Below are positions 16,201-22,064 of a DNA stretch of 22,184 bases, piece by piece; the first letter of the stretch is position 1; each line of letters opens with the position of its first letter. The position numbers were made by a program, and so were the translations under genes. The DNA is from Candidatus Pacearchaeota archaeon (lineage in GTDB: Archaea > Nanobdellota > Nanobdellia > Pacearchaeales > GW2011-AR1), in contig JACOYJ010000031.1 in NCBI GenBank assembly GCA_016181885.1, positions 1 to 22,184 on the forward strand. The letters are read 5' to 3'. A model generated the notes under the pieces. That model worked only from the letters and a program-made list of their open reading frames with translations, searched no databases and had not been told where the DNA came from.

Positions 16201-16401
16201 AAAAGCTTCAACCCAGATTTCATGAAGGAAAGGCTTGATGCCTATTATCTTGGAAAAATAACTTTAAAGACGATAGTAAACACCAAAGGAAAAGTAAAAC
16301 TCGAAGAAGATGCTGGCGGAAGGCCTTCCATCCTCAGCAATGGCAAAGTTGTGAAGCTTCCGGATGAGATTTCCGGAATTGATTGTCCGGAATGCATGTA
16401 A
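13294..16401 (+). CDS. nrdJ: Class II (adenosylcobalamin-dependent) ribonucleotide reductase
   Basis: 1035 aa. Contains GGGGTGFSFQRLRP, RRGANMG, the active-site block NPCGEQPLPPYAACNLASIN, APTGT...SSGIEPIF, SKTINLP, GGTIYRDASR and a C-terminal CPEC pair. There is no N-terminal ATP-cone. The ATG lies 1 nt after the nrdR stop (TAA-A-ATG), and a GAGGGAG Shine-Dalgarno sequence lies upstream. Confidence 0.9.
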   Translation: MPEEFLDYKTALGMRIELSKYARDNMNISSNARFVFENVYMRSLENGEREDVSDRMAAIAVDIASAEMKYLPKDMPYEKKIEAVKDRALKNLELYVSNDFRANTPTNLNMGRWVAKYNEDGDLAGRYSQAKQLGSACFVIPIEDTFGRDVSNLEDGILEAWVTQQLVHKGGGGTGFSFQRLRPKGSIIGYNPAVDGMHSISWDGRRGVSSGFESFLESYYNASTEAVKQGNSRRGANMGIQRIDHMDFLDHMFAKFGRDVERSEWRIKNFNLSLAVTDEFMEAAEKGHTYTLFNPHRARPEIKRVLEKKFGIENPEVVRKQDIATREQFESIINRNSENLFAPLTTPNMYLDDDGTTVINAYTGDAIGTVVDDIVRIETRKVLGLFAKLSHSNGEPGMIFIDRINENNAVLFDREIESTNPCGEQPLPPYAACNLASINVGNFARYGVFDSENKINLEKKVIDNKFTKIEKRKDGKIGVMYYDWDTLRERVNEGVRFLDNVVDRSDFPADKVNKAVSELRNIGLGYMGVWDAMVLLKMRYGSGESYEFAEELAKVLHDDSLVASKKLAEERGEFPLWKKSAHNPDSDLYQWITSNPRAIPDRFRGGRRLSDIVDRENGMRWGEGKVRNVARITQAPTGTIRRSAGHKDEKLNLDNLAISSGIEPIFSIIEQSNILNAKIEDWSSAAVKILEREGLDVKEIMEAIRKNKGSVSIYGYTGQEVAKTLEKIPENVRNVLVTAAGGEGNYYEITPEQHARMLIAFQKYNDSATSKTINLPESATPEDIREAWMNLWKLGAKGGTIYRDASRSFQILNRIELSKPEGRSKIRRPLVQNAIAFEFPYLSSNPRQGIGDEDFDPDRCFTTITYNPVNKGVTGIFQNISDVDAERISLLTDLNRDKSRAFKQGRSIDEVIEDLEKINIGGNITGIVVDEAVMPEGSKERKRFEVRGSTTREAALNSLYVMKFLTDGGKSFNPDFMKERLDAYYLGKITLKTIVNTKGKVKLEEDAGGRPSILSNGKVVKLPDEISGIDCPECM

Positions 16402-16733
16402 AATTATTTTTAATTTTGATAATCTGAATTCCCTTGATTATCTTATCCCATTTATATTAATAAATTAACCTGTTTAAATCTGGCAATTAGTAGAAAATCA
16501 ATCAAGATAATTTTAAGGTAAGTTAATTGGCATAGAAGTTTAACAAAGCAAGTTCAAGTTAATTTAGCATAAATATCGCATCAGTGCAGATTTCTATACT
16601 AAAAAACGAGATAATGTCAAATAATTTATTATTTAGAGCTAGGATTATATGGGCTTAAAATTTGTATGAATTAACATGGTTTTTATAATATCCATTCCAA
16701 TAAATTTATAACCTTCAATTATTATAAAAAATC

Positions 16734-16838
16734 ATGGGAAAAAACAAATTTGGAATTATTGAGTGGGCAAAATTAATTATTGGGATGTTTGTCATTGTTG
16801 TTCTGCCTTTTGTTGCCCTGGCTTTCAGGCTGAACTGA
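16734..16838 (+). CDS. Possible small membrane protein (34 aa)
   Basis: Own translation: MGKNKFGIIEWAKLIIGMFVIVVLPFVALAFRLN. It has one clear TM segment and an AAAAATCATG start context. It is below the track cutoff. Confidence 0.35.
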   Translation: MGKNKFGIIEWAKLIIGMFVIVVLPFVALAFRLN

Positions 16839-16882
16839 ACAACATAAATCTTTATAAATAAACTTTTTCTTTGAATGAGGCA

Positions 16883-17392
16883 ATGGGATTGAAGAAAAAA
16901 ATAATTATTGGAAGCCTGCTTGGATTAACTGCATTGGGAACAATCGGAGGAAGTCAAGGCGGACTCCCTCCACTATATAATAAGACTGCTGAAGATTCTT
17001 ACGGGATTAAATTAGGATTTGTTACTTATTTAAAGCCAGGAACAAAACATTACGGATTAAATCTTGGATTAATTAACTTTAATGAGGGCGGAACTGTTAA
17101 TGGATTAAATATTGGGTGTTTTAATATACAATCTTTTGAGGCTTATTCTGATGAGAAAAATAATGGGGATAGTGTTGGCAAGGTAAATGGTCTTGAAATA
17201 AGTTTTGCAAATTTTCCAGACGGAAGTGCGGGTAAATTATATGCCCCGACAAAAGTTAATGGTTTGCGAATTGGATTGTTTGGAAATGGCGCGCAGGGAA
17301 ATGTGTTCCAAATCGGAGTTTATAATTACAATTGTTCAGAGGATGGAAATAAAGAAAGACCAATTTTGGGTGTTAACTGGAGATTTGACTAA
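16883..17392 (+). CDS. Secreted or lipid-anchored repeat protein (VNGL.IG..N repeats)
   Basis: Signal-like MGLKKKIIIGSLLGLTALGTIGG, followed by repeated GLNLGLINFNEGGTVNGLNIGCFNI, KVNGLEISFANF, KVNGLRIGLFGN and NVFQIGVYNYN. The track starts at TTG 16871; the ATG at 16883 is in frame. Confidence 0.6.
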   Translation: MGLKKKIIIGSLLGLTALGTIGGSQGGLPPLYNKTAEDSYGIKLGFVTYLKPGTKHYGLNLGLINFNEGGTVNGLNIGCFNIQSFEAYSDEKNNGDSVGKVNGLEISFANFPDGSAGKLYAPTKVNGLRIGLFGNGAQGNVFQIGVYNYNCSEDGNKERPILGVNWRFD

Positions 17393-17407
17393 TTTTCTCA
17401 ATAATTC

Positions 17408-17695
17408 TCAATCGCAATAAACATATTTTATTCCCTGGACGCAGTTCGCCGTTTCGCAGTTTGAACCCTGGGCAATAATGTTGTCTTCTGATGAAAATTC
17501 TATTATTCTTTCTCCTTTGGAATAGTTGAGGCATTTTATCTCAGGCGCAGAATTTTCGCAGCATCCGCAGCCGCAGGCAAGATATTCCTGCTGGCCCTGT
17601 TTTTGAGTTTTTTCAATAGTATAATAGAGAAATAACATCATTGCAGATAAAAGAATTCCTAATGCAATAATTAGCATCCATTTAAATTCTGCCAT
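17408..17695 (-). CDS. Small membrane-anchored Cys-rich protein (95 aa)
   Basis: N-terminal TM segment WMLIIALGILLSAMMLFLYY, followed by 9 Cys, including ACGCGCCEN. Confidence 0.5.
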   Translation of the reverse strand: MAEFKWMLIIALGILLSAMMLFLYYTIEKTQKQGQQEYLACGCGCCENSAPEIKCLNYSKGERIIEFSSEDNIIAQGSNCETANCVQGIKYVYCD

Positions 17696-17796
17696 TAAAT
17701 AACAAAGATAGTAATACTTTAAATCTTTCTAAATTAACTTGAACAAACTTTAATTGAGATTAATCAAATTATGATGCTCCATAAAATCATCTTATT

Positions 17797-18423
17797 TTAT
17801 GAGTTAGAAGTTAAACCAGTAAACCTATCTTTACTGGATTTTTTTCCCAACCCAAGCCCAGAAATTTCTCCAGACTGGATGGTGTTCCTGATGAATTTTC
17901 CGACATAAGGTCTGGCGGCTTCAAGGACTTTGTCCCACGCGGATTCCAAAGCAGTCAATCTTTCTTGATATCTTGTCTCAAGAACAGCAATATTACTTTC
18001 GCATTTTCCATCTGGAGTTGCGCATCTTATGCAATGCTCCCTCCAATTATTTAATGGAGCAAGATCATCTTTTTCTCTTAACAGGTTAACTACTTTTTCT
18101 AATCCCTCAATTACTGGACCAATTTCTGGCTGAGCTATTTTTAACATCCCTAATAGTGGCGCAGGATCATCAACTCCAAATTCTTTTAGAACTTCAGTAT
18201 AAACAACTTCAAGAGGTTTTGATACAAAATTGTTTCCAGCTCTCATTAATGTCTCATAACTTCTCATGCAATCCACCGCCCTCATTCTATATTCTTCTCG
18301 GCCAGTGGTTTGATGCAATCTGCAATAATCAATAACTGCTCTTAGGCTAGGCTGTCTTTCTTTTATGGAATTTGACAATTGTTGAAGCCCATCTTTGATC
18401 TGACTAAAATCTACGTTTACCAT
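17797..18423 (-). CDS. Hypothetical protein (208 aa from the ATG; the track uses TTG at 18435)
   Basis: Clean ORF. The ATG at 18423 sits in a TAAAATG context. I recognise no motif. Confidence 0.55.
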   Translation of the reverse strand: MVNVDFSQIKDGLQQLSNSIKERQPSLRAVIDYCRLHQTTGREEYRMRAVDCMRSYETLMRAGNNFVSKPLEVVYTEVLKEFGVDDPAPLLGMLKIAQPEIGPVIEGLEKVVNLLREKDDLAPLNNWREHCIRCATPDGKCESNIAVLETRYQERLTALESAWDKVLEAARPYVGKFIRNTIQSGEISGLGLGKKSSKDRFTGLTSNS

Positions 18424-18845
18424 TTTATTTCCCAATAATTATTATTTATAAGCTTTATGGTGATTAAATGACTAATTGCTTCGCTAAAACAAAATTCTGA
18501 TAATAAGAAAAATATTTTAAAGTTTGGTTAATATAAACAAGCTGAACAATAAGAACTAAAGTTAATATAAGAAAAATTAATGTTAAAACAAATTAATAGG
18601 AATAAGATTTTAATGTGGGGCAGATAGAACAAGATAATTCAGGTATGTCCGGGTTATCATAAATTATTTTTTAGGCTAGATTAATTTTAAAGAGAATTAA
18701 TATAAATAAGACGAGTTCAAGTCAATTCAAATTAATCAGAAAAATAATTTTTGGGTTGGATTAATATTATCTTGAAGTTGGGTTATTATTAAGAATACAC
18801 CTCTAAATCACGACAGAATTAGTTAGTCGTTGCCTCTGCAATTAT

Positions 18846-19016
18846 TCATCTTCTCTTCTTTTTCTTTCCGAAGAGCGAGAATCCCTTTGTTTTTTTCTTG
18901 CCCTTTCCAGATTTAGCAAGCTTCATTAACTTTGCAACTTTTGACTTTTTGCCCTTTTTGCTTGGGCCTCTTCCACCTTTCTTAGATTTCTTCACACTCT
19001 TTTTTCTCTTTGCCAT
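18846..19016 (-). CDS. Possible 56-aa polybasic (Lys-rich) protein, below the ORF-track cutoff
   Basis: Own translation: MAKRKKSVKKSKKGGRGPSKKGKKSKVAKLMKLAKSGKGKKKTKGFSLFGKKKKRR, with a TGA stop at 18848-18846. About half the residues are Lys or Arg. The frame is purine-rich, so it could be open by composition alone. It follows the micro-ORF chain with an 11-nt gap. Confidence 0.4.
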   Translation of the reverse strand: MAKRKKSVKKSKKGGRGPSKKGKKSKVAKLMKLAKSGKGKKKTKGFSLFGKKKKRR

Positions 19017-19027
19017 GTTACTATAAA

Positions 19028-19213
19028 TTAATTATCTCCGCCTGGTTCATAAGGGTCCATTTTATTAATCTCCTATTCCGCCACCAATTTTAATCTTCAT
19101 CTTCCATTTTTACTAATTTACGGATCCCCAAAGCTCATTTTAACCTGCACCACCATCGTCTCCCATTTTAAAATCCATTTGGTTGCATTTTACTATCCTG
19201 ATCCGCCGCCCAT
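19028..19213 (-). repeat. Array of 7 micro-ORFs / CCATTTTA repeats
   Basis: Minus-strand units: MGGGSG (19213-19193), MQPNGF (19188-19168), MGDDGGAG (19166-19140), MSFGDP (19138-19118), MEDED (19107-19090), an ATT-initiated unit IGGGIGD (19088-19065), and MDPYEPGGDN (19060-19028). The junctions read TAA-A-ATG or a close variant. On the plus strand the motif C(C/A)ATTTT(A) recurs 7-8 times. Confidence 0.6.
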
Positions 19214-19231
19214 TTTCTTTTCTTGAATATT

Positions 19232-19456
19232 GCTGACATATGGACTCGGTGAAGAAAGTGCCTTAAGCATCATCGAATCTAACTTAACCCGCCGATGTAC
19301 TTTAAAGGTTATCTTCTTCGCGCCATAAAACAAAGCTTAACAAGTGTGGATTTCGCGTGAAGAGTTATAGTCCAGTCTCCACGTTAATGGCCGAGCACTT
19401 GACAGAGGCTCATATGGACACACCCTTTTCAGAGCAACCGATCTGTCCTAGTCAGC
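19232..19456 (-). ncRNA. Unclassified structured RNA (about 225 nt)
   Basis: Visibly more GC-rich than its flanks, inside an 1120-nt interval with no ORF of 60 aa or more. Closing helices: GCUGAC (19456-19451) with GUCAGC (19237-19232), GGAC (19448-19445) with GUCC (19245-19242), and UCGGU (19441-19437) with ACCGA (19250-19246). A GNRA hairpin CUCU-GAAA-AGGG lies at 19434-19423. An 8-bp hairpin pairs CGUGGAGA (19383-19376) with UCUUCACG (19363-19356). UUAAGC (19340-19335) pairs with GCUUAA (19268-19263). G:U pairs in two of the helices would become C-A mismatches on the plus strand, so I assign the minus strand. Confidence 0.55.
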
Positions 19457-19479
19457 GTTGAATTATCAGAATATATTCC

Positions 19480-19488
19480 TATATAAAA
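19480..19488 (-). promoter_or_regulatory. Archaeal-type TATA box TTTTATATA
   Basis: The plus strand reads tatataaaa. Its centre lies about 28 nt upstream of the first base of the closing helix of the RNA (19456). Confidence 0.45.
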
Positions 19489-19555
19489 CTATTGTACTCC
19501 TTAAAAGTTAATACATTTTTATCGTAAATAATCTTTAAAAAAATCTAGGCGAGTT

Positions 19556-19816
19556 TTAAAATCGTTTTAAATAAAATGGAAGGGGAAAATATTGCATAAT
19601 TGTCTTATGCTTATCCAACACCGATTGCGGTTCATTTGAGCCGCCGTGTGCATAACCTCTACTAAAACTATCAGATTCTATTTTGCGCAGACAAACTCTA
19701 TTTTTCTCTCTTTGAAAAATATCACGAGAAACTTTAGCCCCATCAATCTTATAGTTAATAGTCCATCCTAATTCATCTCTTCCCTCGAGCATCTCTAATG
19801 TTCTCTTTAATTTCAT
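19556..19816 (-). CDS. Hypothetical protein (86 aa)
   Basis: ORF divergent from the dph6-like gene. I recognise no motif. Confidence 0.45.
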   Translation of the reverse strand: MKLKRTLEMLEGRDELGWTINYKIDGAKVSRDIFQREKNRVCLRKIESDSFSRGYAHGGSNEPQSVLDKHKTIMQYFPLPFYLKRF

Positions 19817-19869
19817 GTTACTTTTGCATCCTCAAACTTTAAAAACATTTATATCCATTAGTCGATATA

Positions 19870-20538
19870 ATGAAACTCGGCGTATTATTTTCTGGAGGAA
19901 AGGATTCCTGCTATTCGGCGTATATTGCCAAAAAGCAGGGGAACGAATTGGCTTGCTTGATCACTATTCATTCAGAGAACAAAAATTCTTACATGTTTCA
20001 CACGCCTTCAATAAAGAAAACTGAGGCTCAGGCAAAAGTCATGGGGATTCCTTTAATGGTGTTTAAGACAAAAGGTGAAAAAGAAAAAGAATTGAAAGAT
20101 TTAGAAAAGGCGATAAAAGAAGCGATAAAAAAATACAAAATTGAAGGAGTTATAAGCGGGGCAATTGCATCGAGATATCAATATGACAGGATAGGAAAAA
20201 TATGCGAAAAATTGAAGATAGAATCATTCACTCCTATTTGGCAGAATGACGAACTAGAATATCTTAATGAATTAATAAAAAATAAATTTAAAATAATAAT
20301 TACAGGAGTTGCCGCTTATCCTTTGGATGAAAAGTGGCTTGGAAAAGAAATAAACAGGGATTTTGTTGATAAAGCAGTTGATTTGAATAATAAGCATAAA
20401 ATTCATATTGCAGGAGAGGGTGGAGAGTTTGAGACTTTTGTTCTTGACTGTCCTTTATTTAAGAAGCCATTAAAAGTTAAAAAAAGCAAAATCACAGGAG
20501 AAAAAAACAGCTGGAGGCTTGAAATAGATGTGGAATGA
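19870..20538 (+). CDS. dph6: Diphthine-ammonia ligase / MJ0570-family PP-loop ATPase
   Basis: 222 aa. Has the PP-loop LFSGGKDS at the N-terminus. GAIASRYQYDRIGKICEKLKIESFTPIW and GEGGEFETFVLDCPLF are characteristic of the family. TATA-like CATTTATAT lies about 22-25 nt upstream of the ATG. Confidence 0.78.
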   Translation: MKLGVLFSGGKDSCYSAYIAKKQGNELACLITIHSENKNSYMFHTPSIKKTEAQAKVMGIPLMVFKTKGEKEKELKDLEKAIKEAIKKYKIEGVISGAIASRYQYDRIGKICEKLKIESFTPIWQNDELEYLNELIKNKFKIIITGVAAYPLDEKWLGKEINRDFVDKAVDLNNKHKIHIAGEGGEFETFVLDCPLFKKPLKVKKSKITGEKNSWRLEIDVE

Positions 20539-20552
20539 TAACGTCAAGCCGC

Positions 20553-20569
20553 GAACATTGAGAATGTTC
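20553..20569. other. Perfect 7-bp inverted repeat GAACATT-gag-AATGTTC between dph6 and the HAD gene
   Basis: Seen directly in the sequence. It is followed by the G-rich ribosome-binding region GGAGGGGGGAGATGGGGG. Confidence 0.3.
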
Positions 20570-20592
20570 TGGAGGGGGGAGATGGGGGTTGA

Positions 20593-21192
20593 ATGATAAC
20601 AACGATAATCTTCGACTTAAGTGAGGTTTATCTTAAAGGTTTGTTGGGAACCGAAAAGATTCTAGAGCCAATATTGAAACTTCCAGCAAAAGATATTTAT
20701 CACTCATTTAAAGGGGACCATTATATCAAATTTTTTCACGGAGAAATAAGTGAAGATGAATTTTGGGAATCTGTAAAAAACAATGCTAACTGGGATATAT
20801 CACTAAGTCAACTTAAAAATGCTGTCAGATCAAATTTTGCAGAAATTGAAGGAACTAGGGAGATAATCGAAAAACTAAAAATTAAGGGTTATAAATTAGG
20901 TCTTTTATCAGTTCACGCAAAGGAGTGGATAGAGTATCTTGAAAAAAAGTTTGATTATCATAAGCTATTTCACTCAACTATGTATTCATTTGAGGTTGGG
21001 ATTTCAAAACCAGATAAAAAATCTTATGAATTGATTATTGAAAAGTTAGGTGCCAAACCAGAAGAATGTCTCTTTATAGATGATCATGAAAAGAACATAA
21101 TTGCAGCTAAAGGGTTGGGAATTAACGCCATACATTTTAAAGATTCTAATCAATTAATTAGAGACTTGAATAAGTTTGATATTAAAATCTGA
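20593..21192 (+). CDS. HAD-superfamily hydrolase (subfamily IA-like)
   Basis: 199 aa. Motif I is IIFDLSEV, motif II LGLLSVH, motif III ISKPDKKSY and motif IV LFIDDHEKN. Confidence 0.78.
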   Translation: MITTIIFDLSEVYLKGLLGTEKILEPILKLPAKDIYHSFKGDHYIKFFHGEISEDEFWESVKNNANWDISLSQLKNAVRSNFAEIEGTREIIEKLKIKGYKLGLLSVHAKEWIEYLEKKFDYHKLFHSTMYSFEVGISKPDKKSYELIIEKLGAKPEECLFIDDHEKNIIAAKGLGINAIHFKDSNQLIRDLNKFDIKI

Positions 21193-21375
21193 CTTGAGAA
21201 TATGATTCCAAATCATAGCGAATCTAAACAAGCTTAACAATGCGCACCCTCTTGATTAAAAAGAAGTTTGAAAGTCAGATTAATATAAATAAGATAATCA
21301 AAGCAAGTTCAGGTTATCATTAATATCAATTTCTCTCTGGAATAGTTTTATAAATATCAGTCCCTTATCACGTTC

Positions 21376-21579
21376 ATGAGCTTAGAAACATTCATGGCTT
21401 CCCCATGGTTTATTCTTATTTTAATTTGGAGCCTGATATGGAAGGGAATTGCTCTTTGGAAAGCAGGAAGAAACAATCAGCTTGCGTGGTTTATCTGTAT
21501 GCTTGTGATTAATGTTGTTGGATTTCTCGAAATAATTTATCTTGCTTTCTTTCAGCCGAAGAAGAAGAGGAAGAAGTAG
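21376..21579 (+). CDS. Small two-TM membrane protein (DUF5652-like)
   Basis: 67 aa. WKGIALWKAGRNNQLAWFICMLVINVVGFLEIIYLAFF, followed by a KKKRKK tail. The TATA box TTTTATAAATA lies about 28 nt upstream of the ATG (leaderless). Confidence 0.55.
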   Translation: MSLETFMASPWFILILIWSLIWKGIALWKAGRNNQLAWFICMLVINVVGFLEIIYLAFFQPKKKRKK

Positions 21580-21600
21580 GAGATTGTTTAACTCTAAATT

Positions 21601-21963
21601 CTATTCTGCAATATTAACTGTTTCAACTAAAAATCCAGCGTTATTTAATCTATTTACATAAAAATTAGCAATCGGTTCTCTATTGATACCCCCTAATTTT
21701 TTTAAATGGGCTTTAAAAGAAGGTTCAATGTAATCTGTTAGGTAGCCAAAGCCGTACGCATTAAATTTAATATTTCTCTCTGAATTCCTTCTTTTAACAG
21801 TTAAGTCAATCCTGCAAGTGGGATGGTATTGCCCGCCCATATCATATTCATGCCCACGAGTTTCGCTAATTATAATCTTTTTATCGTCGCCTTCTTGTCC
21901 CGCCATCTCTATAAATTCTTGAAGATTTCCTGGCTGATTAAACAATAATTTTTTAAGAGACAT
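21601..21963 (-). CDS. Hypothetical protein (120 aa)
   Basis: Clean ORF. I recognise no motif. Confidence 0.5.
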   Translation of the reverse strand: MSLKKLLFNQPGNLQEFIEMAGQEGDDKKIIISETRGHEYDMGGQYHPTCRIDLTVKRRNSERNIKFNAYGFGYLTDYIEPSFKAHLKKLGGINREPIANFYVNRLNNAGFLVETVNIAE

Positions 21964-22064
21964 ACTCTAAATTAATTTAAAGGCTATTTAAAGATTTATA
22001 TCTTTGTAAAATGGACCTGTAGAGAATAGGAAAATCTTGAATTATCTGATATTTAATAATCAAG

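Noticed and set aside
13294-16401. Intein or large insertion explaining the 1035-aa length of NrdJ.
   Set aside because: The catalytic blocks are contiguous, and there are no Cys/Ser...HN-Cys/Ser/Thr splice junction motifs. The extra length is a C-terminal extension (IRRPL...CFTTITYNP...CPEC) of the kind seen in long class II RNRs.
19028-19213. CRISPR array or iteron-type replication origin.
   Set aside because: The conserved core is only 7-8 nt, and the spacing is irregular (20-44 nt). There are no 25-40 nt direct repeats with unique spacers, no cas genes, and no orc1/cdc6 or rep gene nearby.
19232-19456. RNase P RNA read on the plus strand. GAAGAAAGUGCC near the 5' end resembles CR-I GAGGAAAGUCC, and ACAGAGGCUCAUAU near the 3' end resembles CR-V ACAGAA..GGCUUA.
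   Set aside because: - The putative P4 strands pair poorly: GCCU with AGGC, then mismatches where G:C, A:U, A:U are required.
- There is no P3 hairpin and no S-domain.
- Two helices carry G:U pairs on the minus strand that would be C-A mismatches on the plus strand.
- The GNRA loop would become UUUC on the plus strand.
- The only well-placed TATA box is on the minus strand.
19232-19456. SRP (7S) RNA, tmRNA or a C/D box sRNA on the minus strand.
   Set aside because: - The near-universal SRP helix 8 motif (AGG.C.GGAAG.(G)AGCA) is absent around the only GNRA/GNAR loop.
- There is no tRNA-like acceptor or T-arm end for tmRNA, and the host looks archaeal.
- The C-box-like AUGAUGC lies downstream of the CUGA motifs, which is the wrong order.

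A covariance-model scan is still needed.
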